DNA from: Somniosus microcephalus
Lineage: Eukaryota
NCBI GenBank assembly: GCA_052327205.1
Contig: CM126215.1
Coordinates: 126,046,001 to 126,110,000 of the forward strand
DNA length: 64,000 nt
Direction of reading: 5' to 3'
Position numbers and translations under genes: made by a program. The notes under the pieces are model-generated. The model made no database searches. It saw only the letters and a list, made by a program, of their open reading frames with translations, and was not told the DNA's origin. Numbering within the stretch: the stretch's first letter is position 1; the number at the start of each line of letters is the position of its first letter. Of the stretch, positions 1 through 9,319 are shown piece after piece.

Positions 1-420
1 TCTAGAAAAGAGAAGGCCGAGGGGTGACCCGATAGAGGACTTTAAGATTATGAAGGGTTTGATAGGGTAGAGGTAGAGAAGATGTTTCCACTTGTGGGGG
101 AGACCAGAACTAGGGGCCATAAATATAAGACAGTCACTAATAAATCCAATCGGGAATTGAGGAGAAACTTCTTTACCCAGAGAGTGGTGAGAATGTGGAA
201 CTCGCTACCACAGGGAGTGGTTGAGGCGAATAGTATCGATACATTTAAGGGGAAGCTGGATAAACACATGAGGGAGAAAGGAATAGAAGGGTATGGTGAT
301 AGGGTGAGATGAAGAGGGGTGGGAGGAGGCTCGTGTGGAGCAGAAACACCGGCACGGACCAGTTGGGCCGAATGGCCTGTTTCTGTGCTGTACGCTCGAT
401 GTAATGTAATTCTATGTAAA
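1..420 (+). mobile_element. CR1-type LINE 3' fragment (ORF2 C-terminus + 3' UTR)
   Basis: ORF 82-312 has TRGH..RRNFFTQRVVRMWNSLP (CR1 ORF2 end), then GGGCCGAATGGCCTG 3' UTR motif and short repeat tail. Confidence 0.9.
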
Positions 421-931
421 GCTGCTTGCAAGGATGAAACGCCCAAGTTTTCTTTCTCATTAATTAATCTAGACATTTGCTAAGAAGCCCAAGAATGTTT
501 TGTGTTCACTGGTTACCAGCTACATATGAAGTTATGATTTATGACTGAAGGACTTGGGAGGCACCAGAGGAAAGAGGATTTCTCCAGAACTGGTCCTTAA
601 GGTATTTTACTATCTTTAGGTCGAACTGAAGAATATTTTCAAAATATTTTGAGCGTAATGAAGGCAGCAGTTATTAGTTTCAGCCCGTGAAACATGAACG
701 GCGGAGGCCGGTGTCTGCTGTACTTTATTGCCCCAGATCAGGCCTTCACTGCTCACTGAAGATGAAACAACTCGTTTTCATGCCTTTCCTCCTGTGGAGT
801 TTAAAGGAAGAAGGAACTCGCTATTTGACCGCGCCTTCCCACGACCTCAGGACATCCCAAAGTGCTTTACAGCCAATGAAGCACTTTTTAAAGGGTAGTC
901 ACTGTATAATGTAGGGCAGCCAATTCGCGCA

Positions 932-1068
932 TGTAATATATGTGGGTAGAACAAATGAAGGACAGAGACACGATGAGTTGCCAGTCCATGTGTTTGTTTT
1001 ACTAGGCCAGAGTGAACTGAGCATGCTCATACTAAACCATGTGACAAACCATGTGATCATACATTACA
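932..1068 (-). repeat. 3' LTR of outer Gypsy element
   Basis: TG...CA with 6-bp terminal inverted repeat; purine tract ATGGGAAAGCAG precedes it on the - strand; its end matches 8992-9014. Confidence 0.8.
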
Positions 1069-1197
1069 CTGCTTTCCCATTAAATTAAAACATTGTATGT
1101 ATTCCACTATCAAATACAACAAAACTCTGGTCCCACCTTTCCTAGCATTATATGTACCACATAACAAAAACTCCCGGCTGTTTTTCTTTTAAATGAA

Positions 1198-3191
1198 CTA
1201 CAAATCCAGTTTAACAACAGGTTTGTGGAGCCTTCCTGATCTCCTTACAGAAGGTTTGGGTGTTGAACCAATTTTTGGGCTGTTTTGTTTTGGTTCTGAA
1301 CTCAAAGATGATCCAGTTTCTATCTCAGACTTGTGTGAACCTGGTACTTCAGTTACTGAAGTCTGAACTGAGTCAGACTCATGTATGTGTTCATGATCAA
1401 GTGATTCACGATCACGTCTTGGTTCAGAGATCATTTGATCTACATGAACACTTTGGATGTTGTCACCAAATTCAACCAAATATCTCTTGGTTCCACCAGC
1501 CACTACTATGGTTCCTATATCCCACTTGTGTGAACTCGACTTGCCAGGGGGACTGAGAACACCAACACGCTCGCTTTGTCTGGAAATGTGTTCTTTCTGA
1601 TTGCTGCCATTAATAACGTTTCTGACTCAACTGTTTCTGTTCAACTCTTGAGGACAAATTCAGTTGAACAAGACTCAATCGTGTTCTCAATCTCCTCTTC
1701 ATCGAGAGTTCTGCTGGGGTATATCCAGTTGTAGTGTGCGGAGTAGTTCTGTACTTCAGCAAGAAATGTGCCAAACGTTGCTTCATGCTGAGTCCCGAAC
1801 AACCCGGCAACACTTGCTTTTTGAGAATTTCTTTCACTATTCTGACTGACCTTTCGGCTGCTCCGTTTGAAGCTGGATGATCTGGTGGAATGAGAGTGTG
1901 TTTGATACCTTTCCATTTCATGAACTCTTGGAATAGAGCAGAACGGAACTGAGGGCCATTGTCAGAAACAAGCTCTTCAGGTAAACCATGACATGCGAAG
2001 ATAGACCTCAGCTCATCTATGGTACGTTCAGTTGTAGTATTTGAACCAATGGGCTGGATTTTCTGAATGGGAAGCTTTTGGAGGTGGGACTCCCACTTGT
2101 CGGGTTTCAGTCCAGCCTCCATCAGCTTCTGTCCAACTAGCGGGATTTTCCCCTGATTGACCTTGTTAAGCCCGCCCAGCGGGCTCAACTGGCCAATTAG
2201 GGGGAAGTCAGTGACAGAGCACATCAACGTGTGACGTGTCATCCGTCAAGAACTTTTGAAAGAAGAAATGTCATCATTTGACATGTGTAGTTTGATGAGT
2301 CCTTGTGTTCAGGACTCATCAAACCTTTCTACTTTGCAGAAGTCAGCTGGCTGTTGGATCGGAGGATGCAACAGCCAGTCTGTAATCTCTACAATGGAGA
2401 TGTCGGGGACTCCAGCTCCACAGCAGCTGAAGGCTGCAGGTAGAAACATTTTCTAACACTTTACACTCACCTCACATACTTACCACTCCACACTTGCACC
2501 CATCACTCACGTCTACATCGCACTTTCAGACCCCTCCGAACCCCTCAGACCTCCTACTCACCTCCTACACCCCGGCAGGGTTCTCCCGGGTCGGGAAGCC
2601 CGCACTTCAGGACGATAAATGGGGATAATCCTATTTTCTGCCTGTTAACTACCTGTTAATAGGCTTTAATTCCTTCCCGTCTCCAAGGAGACGGGACCCG
2701 GGGCAGGACAGCTTCCCGCCTCCTGGCAAGAGGGCACGGAGGTGGGTTGGGGGTGGGTTTGCCACCCGCCCCCAAATTCTGCAACTTTCCCGGCAGTCCC
2801 GCCTCCATACCCGCCTCCTCGGGGCTGAGAAAATCCAGCCCAATGTGTTTCACTTCAATCCACTTTGAGTGACTATCTACAAGTACCAGGAAATAATCAT
2901 TTGCTTTCTCGCAGAAGTCTACATGTGCTCTCTGAAAAGGTCTACTTGGCCATGACCAGGGTTGTAGTGGAGTTTTGGGTGATTTGTTTCTGCAATTTTG
3001 GTAAACGCTGCATTTGCTGACAAGTGATTCAAGATCACTGTCCAATCCAGGCCAGTAAACAAAACTTCTTGCAATTAATTTCATACTGTCGATCCCTGGA
3101 TGTTCAGTATGAAGTTCAGCCAGAATTCTATCTCTCAAAGAAGTAGGTACCAGCACTCTGTTTCCCCACTTGATACAACCTTGCTCACAGG
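1198..3191 (-). pseudogene. Gypsy integrase (HHCC-like zinc region, DDE core, C-terminus), split by a MITE
   Basis: LHTEHPGI..ARSFVYWPG..C, HVDF, LVSDNGPQF, HPASNGAAER motifs; C-terminal RRSGRLHKPVVKLDL. Removing 2051-2841 rejoins WIEVKHI|GSNTT. Confidence 0.9.
2051..2841. mobile_element. Non-autonomous DNA transposon, PIF/Harbinger-like MITE
   Basis: 14-bp TIR GGGCTGGATTTTCT / AGAAAATCCAGCCC and 3-bp TSD AAT (2048-2050, 2842-2844); interrupts the integrase frame. Confidence 0.8.
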
Positions 3192-3725
3192 ACATAGAAA
3201 CATAGAAGATAGGAGCAGGAGTAGGCCATTCGGCCCCTCGAGCCCGCTCCGCCATTCAATGCGATCATGGCTGATCATCCAAATTCAGTACCCTGTCCCT
3301 GCTTTCTCCCCATACCCCTTGATCCCTTTAGCCTTAAGAAATATATCCAACTACTTCTTGAATATATTTAATGAATTGGCCTCTACTGCCTTCTATGGTA
3401 GAGAATTCCACAGGTTCACCACTCTCTGGGTGAAGAAATTCCTCCTCATTTCTGTCCTAAATGGCCTACCCCTTATCCTTAGACTGTGACCCCTGGTTCT
3501 GGACTCCCCCGCCATCGGGAACATCCTTCCTGCATCTAGTCTGTCCAGTCCTGTCAGAATTTTTTAAGTTTCAATGAGATCCCCTCTCATTCTTCTAAAC
3601 TCCAGTGAGTATAAGCCCAATCGACCCAATCTCTCCTCATACGTCATTCCTGCCATCCCAGGTATCAGCCTGGTGAATCTTCGCTGAACTCCTTCCATGG
3701 CAAGAACATCCTTTCTCAGATAAGG
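3192..3725 (-). mobile_element. 5'-truncated CR1 LINE inserted in the outer Gypsy pol
   Basis: CATAGAAA repeat tail, CR1 3' UTR and EGVQRRFTRLIPGM ORF2 motif; apparent TSD AGGACA. Confidence 0.9.
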
Positions 3726-3757
3726 ACAATTCAGTACGATGGTTATGGAATGGTTTC

Positions 3758-4013
3758 TGTTAAGTATGTGTATTGTATTGAACAATTAACACAAAGACTT
3801 AAACGTATAACTCAAACAGGCCTTTACTGGTTGGAGGTAGGGACTGCACATAGGTCTTTACTTCATGCCCACAGGCGGGAACTGAGGGGGATCAGTACCC
3901 ACAGTACTATTTATACCCCTATGGCCAGGAGTGGTACTGCGTATCACTACGCCCAACAAGTAGTGCAGTCCTGTCCATAGGTTCAAAGTAGCACACATAT
4001 TACATACACAACA
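3758..4013 (-). repeat. 3' LTR of inner element
   Basis: TG...CA, direct repeat of 7124-7379, flanked internally by the PPT. Confidence 0.95.
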
Positions 4014-4026
4014 TTCCTCCCTTCCT
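4014..4026 (-). promoter_or_regulatory. Polypurine tract (AGGAAGGGAGGAA)
   Basis: All-purine 13-mer abutting the 3' LTR on the - strand. Confidence 0.85.
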
Positions 4027-4330
4027 AGCTTTACAGTCATCTCCCCATTTAACATAACGTAATAACATATATACATATATAACTTCAGGTTTACATAACA
4101 GAATAACATAGATACATAGATAACTTCATGTCAAAAACAGATCACAGATTCAGTCTCTGCGGAAAACAGTTCACAGATTCAATCTCTGTGGTGTAGTCGG
4201 TTCACGTTGCTAGAGTGACTCATTCAATAGTCCTTCCATGGATTTAACAGTTTGAACTTCCGAACTGAATTGGCTCCGTTCGGAGGGACCACGTGTGTGA
4301 TCTGGTAGAGGTGATAATGGTTCAGATGGG

Positions 4331-6556
4331 TCATCTTCTGTTTTTACTTTTCCTTTTCTGCTTCTTGGAGACTCTCTGGGCTCCATTGTCAGCTGCCACA
4401 GCTGCCAGCTGCATGCGCAGTTCCTCCTTCTCTTCCTCCTGTTTCCGTCGTAGAGCCAGCTTCTCCCGATGTTCCGTAGACTTTTGGTGCTCCTCCATGA
4501 TTTCTGCACTTTGGGAGTCGAAGTTACAAGCTGGGCAGGACAGGACATCGTAATATTCGGTGTCGTCCTGAGCTAGACCAGTGAGAGGGTCGTCTATTTC
4601 CTCCATACCTAGCTGGACGTTAGCCAGCTCTTGTTCCAAATCCAGACATCTTTCCTGAAGAGACTTCTTCATGTGTACCTCTGCATCCAGCTTTTTCTGG
4701 GCTTTCAGCAAGTCGTTTACTAGTGACCTCATTTGTGATTTTAATACTTCAACTTCCTTTGGAGATTGATTGATCGGACTATGCAATCCCTCTACCGGAG
4801 CAGCTGTTTCAGCGGTCTGTTGTTCTACGTTGACGTGAGTCAGCGTACTTTTGGCATCCAAGGGCTGCTCTGTTGCAGTCATCTCAGTCTGTGTTGCCAC
4901 CTCAGCTCTTCCAATAACCTTTGAGAGCTCCGAACCCCTTTCGTTTGAATATTGAAGTTCATGTTCAAGTTTTTCCCATTTCAGAGTCCTGTCCTTCAGC
5001 ATATGCAGGAGTTGGCTGACCGTTAACTCCTCTGACATCAGACGTTTTGTGTGCTCCTGCTCCATTTTCTCCATCAGCTGCTTCTGTTGTCTTTCCAGAT
5101 TCTCCAACTCTATATCAAAGAACTCTTTCGTTGCATTCAACTCTTGCTCAAAACGGCGAAGCATTTGTTCTAATTGCTGTTGTAGTTTGAAATGGAGTTG
5201 AGTTCGAGCCCGGTGTCCCTCAGAAATGGGCACATCAGTAGACTTGCCAGACTCAGAATCCACAGTTAAACTATGTTGTTGTTGCTCAGTGGAATTCTGT
5301 GCTGAAACTTTGTCTTTTGCACCTGAGTTGGGCTTACCATCATCCGTTCCAGAGTCTGGGCCGACTATCTTCACCGAGTTCTCACTCGTTATTGTTTGTA
5401 GGAAATGCCAGTCCATATTCATTTTCCTAATCCACTCCCGTCCTAGTAGTGGAGGACCTCCTTCAGATATCACATATAAGTCCATTATTTGACTGTCTTC
5501 GCCCTTGTGGGCCACTGCAACCTCTATTTTCCCGATGGGGTACACTCTTTGCCCCGTGTATGTTTTCAATATAATCCCCGTATCCTGTAGGGGAATATGT
5601 TGGAATAACTTTCCGTAATCTTTCTTATTTATGACCGTCAATGCCGATCCAGTGTCCAATTCCAGTTTTACTTGGACTCCTTCTATCTGAAGAGTGACCC
5701 AAATTGTCTGGAGGTCTGCACCCTTACCAGCGTTGAGTACTCTTAAGCTAGCCAGTTCATTACAGCTTAAGCTAGCCAGTTCATTACTGCTAGCGTCTGA
5801 ATCGGACTCCTGTTCGGTCACCTTGTGTACCTTTGCGTATTTTCCTTGCGGTGACTTCTTGTTGCTGGTCTTCTTCCCTGACCTGCATACTCTAGCTATA
5901 TGTCCAAGCCTACCACAAGTTCTACATTCTTGGTTTTTAAACCAACACTGGTTCTGATCATGCGTTGTCTTTCCACAACGATAACATTTGCCAGAACTCA
6001 CACCCAATTTGTGTGCACTGAGCTCCGGTGACCGTAGCTGCATTACTGCCGTGCCTCTCGCTGCGGCTTCGTGTGCTGCTGCCATAGTGACCGCCTTCTC
6101 AAGCGTCAGCTCATTCTCCTCGAGCAGTCGCTTTTGTGTATCCTGTTTAAATAAACCACACACAAATTTGTCTCGTAGTGCATCTGTCAATCCCGTTCCA
6201 AACTGGCAATATTTCGCTAATTTACGCAATTCCAGCAAATATTCAGCATTGCTTTCATGCTGTAGCTGCCTTCTGTCGTAAAATTTAAATCGTTCCGCTA
6301 GCATCAGCGGCGTGGGGTTTAGATGATCTTTCAGGACAGTAACAATCTCATCGAACGTCTTATCCGCCGGTTCATCTGGTGATAACAGGTGTTTCAATTG
6401 CCCGTACGTCTTCGCACCCATTAAATTTAATAATGTTAGAGCTTTATCTTGGTCACGAATTTTATTGGCCTTACAATAATTTTTTACTCTTTCAACATAT
6501 ATGGCCCAATCTTCGAGGTCACTATCAAAGGTGCTAATATTCCCGTGTTTAGGCAT
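4331..6556 (-). CDS. gag-pro: 741-aa chimeric polyprotein: Gag (2 CCHC knuckles) + aspartic protease + host-derived coiled-coil/zinc-finger segments
   Basis: Uninterrupted ORF with ATG in ACAATG context; [14 protein letters not shown] and [14 protein letters not shown] knuckles (aa 191-224); LDTGSA and LLGREW protease motifs (aa 300-375); non-retroelement C-terminal half. Confidence 0.9.
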   Translation of the reverse strand: MPKHGNISTFDSDLEDWAIYVERVKNYCKANKIRDQDKALTLLNLMGAKTYGQLKHLLSPDEPADKTFDEIVTVLKDHLNPTPLMLAERFKFYDRRQLQHESNAEYLLELRKLAKYCQFGTGLTDALRDKFVCGLFKQDTQKRLLEENELTLEKAVTMAAAHEAAARGTAVMQLRSPELSAHKLGVSSGKCYRCGKTTHDQNQCWFKNQECRTCGRLGHIARVCRSGKKTSNKKSPQGKYAKVHKVTEQESDSDASSNELASLSCNELASLRVLNAGKGADLQTIWVTLQIEGVQVKLELDTGSALTVINKKDYGKLFQHIPLQDTGIILKTYTGQRVYPIGKIEVAVAHKGEDSQIMDLYVISEGGPPLLGREWIRKMNMDWHFLQTITSENSVKIVGPDSGTDDGKPNSGAKDKVSAQNSTEQQQHSLTVDSESGKSTDVPISEGHRARTQLHFKLQQQLEQMLRRFEQELNATKEFFDIELENLERQQKQLMEKMEQEHTKRLMSEELTVSQLLHMLKDRTLKWEKLEHELQYSNERGSELSKVIGRAEVATQTEMTATEQPLDAKSTLTHVNVEQQTAETAAPVEGLHSPINQSPKEVEVLKSQMRSLVNDLLKAQKKLDAEVHMKKSLQERCLDLEQELANVQLGMEEIDDPLTGLAQDDTEYYDVLSCPACNFDSQSAEIMEEHQKSTEHREKLALRRKQEEEKEELRMQLAAVAADNGAQRVSKKQKRKSKNRR
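4334..4567 (-). other. DNAJC21: Captured DNAJC21-like C2H2 (JAZ/matrin-type) zinc finger + basic tail (aa ~664-741)
   Basis: YDVLSCPAC-x12[13 protein letters not shown]...SKKQKRK resembles recalled DNAJC21 YDDLYCPAC-x12-HEKSKKHREMVAL...SKKQKKK. Confidence 0.7.
4622..5035 (-). other. OPTN: Captured optineurin-like coiled-coil segment (aa ~508-645)
   Basis: EELTVSQLL...ATQTE...[37 protein letters not shown] is colinear with recalled [13 protein letters not shown]...ETQTE...[37 protein letters not shown]. Confidence 0.8.
5039..5221 (-). other. STK10: Captured STK10/SLK-like coiled-coil segment (aa ~446-506 of chimeric ORF)
   Basis: [42 protein letters not shown] closely resembles recalled STK10 (LOK) [42 protein letters not shown]; SLK is the alternative paralog. 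Recognised from memory, not searched. Confidence 0.8.
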
Positions 6557-7112
6557 TGTAGATTTGCAATTTCTCAGATTTTATTTTCTTTACTTGTTAT
6601 CAAAGATGGCGGCTTCCCGCTCTTGCCGTCGTCCTCCGCCCACAAAATGGCGGTTTTCCCGCGCTTGGCGGTCTTCACCCGTCCCCCGACGCCGTCTCCC
6701 TTCAGCCCTCGAGTGCGGCCCTTATCTTCGCCGCGATCGATAGCCCGCGCTGTGCACCGCGACTCTCGCACCTTGAGCTTCTGCAGCCGCCGCGCCTTTC
6801 AGTCCGAGTGCGGCTCTTATCTTTGGTCCCGATCGCTGGCCCGGCTGCGCCCCTCACTTCAAAGCGGCCCGGCCCTCATCTGCCGATCGCTATCGCCCTA
6901 CCTCTCTCTCTTCCCCAGTCCTGTCTTTACTCCGGTTCACAAGCTGATGGAGGCTTCAGGGTCCTAATGCCTGTCTCTTCCAGTCGCTGGAAGCTGTCAG
7001 GATTTCTGCTGCCCTTCAGTTTTGAGTGGGGTGTTGAGGATTGAAACCTCTCTTCAACGTCCTGTCTTTGGACGAAGCCGCCTGGAATAACTGCCGCAGG
7101 GTAAGAGCCTGA

Positions 7113-7122
7113 CTCGTCGCCA
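7113..7122 (-). promoter_or_regulatory. Primer-binding site TGGCGACGAG (tRNA-Ser(GCU)-like)
   Basis: One base inside the 5' LTR; complementary to ...CUCGUCGCCA, the 3' end of vertebrate tRNA-Ser(GCU). Confidence 0.8.
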
Positions 7123-7123
7123 G

Positions 7124-7379
7124 TGTTAAGTATGTGTATTGTATTGAACAATTAACACAAAGACTTAAACGTATAACTCAAACAGGCCTTTACTGGTTGG
7201 AGGTAGGGACTGCACATAGGTCTTTACTTCATGCCCACAGGCGGGAACTGAGGGGGATCAGTACCCACAGTACTATTTATACCCCTATGGCCAGGAGTGG
7301 TACTGCGTATCACTACGCCCAACAAGTAGTGCAGTCCTGTCCATAGGTTCAAAGTAGCACACATATTACATACACAACA
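7124..7379 (-). repeat. 5' LTR of inner element
   Basis: Identical by eye to 3758-4013; followed by the PBS on the - strand. Confidence 0.95.
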
Positions 7380-7384
7380 GTTTC

Positions 7385-8991
7385 AACTCTGTGTCCAGAC
7401 ACTGATCAGTCCATCAATTCAAGGTGTGTGCACTCTTTTCAGTACTGAGTCCTTTTGAGTCTCATCTGCAATCTCAGTTGCTTTCACAGGAAAGTCTTTG
7501 TCAACAGCACCTAGTGTGAAAATCTCACCTTTATTCCCAACACACGAGTCTTCATGTGGCAACCTGGACAAAGCATCTGCGATTGCATTTTGCTTTGAAG
7601 TGCGATATTCAATCGGGTCGATACCCTTTTTCAAAACTGGAAAGAAAAGAAAATAGATCGAAGGCAGAGCTGCGATCGAACAATCAGGAACTGTTGGAAT
7701 TTCTTGATTCCAAATACTATGGCGAGTGCTTCCTTTTCAATTTGCACGTAGTTTCTTTCGCTCTTTGTGAGGGTTTGTGATGCGAACGCGATTGTTTTCT
7801 CTTGGCCGTCATCCATTACGTGGCTTATGACAGCTCCCACACCGTAGCTGGAAGCATCACACGCGAACTTAAGCTCACACTCTGTGTCATAGTGCACAAG
7901 TAGAGCATCGCTAGAGAGACTTCTCTTACAAGCGTCATAAGCTTCCTGTTGTGTTTCCGTCCACTTCCACTGGACATCCTTCTTGAGGAGCTCGTGCAAT
8001 GGAGCTAACATGGTCGCTAACTCAGGTAAGAAACGTGCGTAGTACTTGACCATTCCAAGGAAAGATCTTAACTCAAACACGTTCTGTGGCTTTGGAGCAT
8101 TGATGACAGCATCAACCTTTTCCTTCACTGGTTGCAAGTCATTTGCATCAACTTTCAGACCAAGGTACACAACCTCGGGCTGCACAAAAGCACATTTGCT
8201 CCTTTTCACTTTGACATTGTGGGAATTCAACCTTTGAAGCACTATATCTAACGCTTCTAGATTTTCTTCCTCATTGCTTGTTGCGATCAGCACATCGTCT
8301 TGATTGCATAAACAATTTGGAACTCCTTGCAAAATCTTATCCATCGTAGCCTGGAAGATTTTGGGGGAGGACTTTACACCATACGGCAGCTCGGTGTATG
8401 AGTACAGTCCCTCGTGTGTGTTGATAGTGAGATACTGTTGACTCTCTTTGTCAACACTATAGTGTCAGCTGTGGCTCAGCTGGTAGCACACTCGCCTCTG
8501 AGTCAGATGGTTGTGGGTTCAGGTCCCACTCCAGCGACTTGACCATATAAAACTAGGCTGACACTCCAGTGCAGTGCTGAGGGAGTGCCACACTGTCGGA
8601 GGTGCCGTCTTTCAGATGAGACGTTAAACCGAGGCCCCGTCTGCTCAGGTGGACACAAAAGATCCCACGGCCACTATTTTGAAGAAGAGCAGGGAAGTTG
8701 TCTGGGGCCAATATTTATCCCTCAACCAACATCACTAAAACAGATGATCTGGTCATTATCACATTGCTGCTTGTGGGAGCTTGCTGTGCGCAAATTGGCT
8801 GCTGTGTTTCCCACATTACAACAGTGACTACACTTCAAAAAGTACTTCATTGACTGTAAAGCACTTCGAGACGCCCGGTGGTCATGAAAGGCGCTATATC
8901 AATGCAAGTCTTTCTTTCTTTAACATTCAGCCGAGCATAAGCGTGCAACAGGTCAAACTTAGAGAAATCCTTTGACTCAGATGCTGCATAG
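7385..8991 (-). pseudogene. Gypsy reverse transcriptase/RNase H of outer element (interrupted by SINE 8462-8920)
   Basis: FSKFDLLHAY, INTHEGLY..LPYGV, NQDD, LRSFLGMV.YY, CDASSYGVGAV, QIEKEALAIVFG and ADALSRLP motifs. Confidence 0.9.
8462..8920 (+). mobile_element. Deu-domain tRNA-derived SINE (SacSINE1-like), full length
   Basis: A/B-box head (TGGCTCAG..GG / GGTTCAGGTCC), AAACCGAGGCCCC core, TCTT tail. Confidence 0.85.
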
Positions 8992-9319
8992 AAACCATGT
9001 GATAATACATTACAGCACATAGCAGGATTCCACCAAACGGCAACGTGATAATGAGCAGATCATTTTTTTTTTAGTGATGGTTCCCTCGTGTAGATCAACT
9101 CAGTCACCACAGAGCAACAACGGACATGGGATCTTCCACGGAGCAATCTGTGGTCCATCATGAAAATACAGATTGTCAGGTTTAACCAGCCGTGTATTGT
9201 CGGGATGCTAGTCAGGAACTTACCTGTTGTACAGTCATGACATTTTATCTGTATATTGAACGGTTATATAGTCAAGTCCTTTTACCTTGGATGTGTGCAG
9301 TGGATGGGTTATAAAGTTA

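Larger units (their letters stand above)
3758..7379 (-). mobile_element. Young non-autonomous Gypsy-type LTR element carrying a gag-pro-host chimeric ORF
   Basis: 256-bp LTRs identical by eye (3758-4013, 7124-7379), TSD GTTTC (3753-3757, 7380-7384), PBS and PPT present, one intact ORF, no RT/RH/IN. Confidence 0.95.
932..9014 (-). mobile_element. Old, disrupted Gypsy/Ty3 LTR retrotransposon (outer element); gag/protease deleted
   Basis: 3' LTR 932-1068 (TGTAAT...ATTACA), 23-bp remnant of the other LTR at 8992-9014, TSD GCGCA (927-931)/GCACA (9015-9019). RT, RNaseH and integrase fragments lie between. Inserted into a SINE whose halves rejoin across it. Confidence 0.85.

Noticed and set aside
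8293-8306. RT active site NQDD instead of YxDD
   Set aside because: A single TAT>AAT change in an already dead element explains it.
8462-8535. tRNA-like sequences at SINE heads
   Set aside because: They are SINE A/B-box heads continuing into SINE bodies, not tRNA genes.
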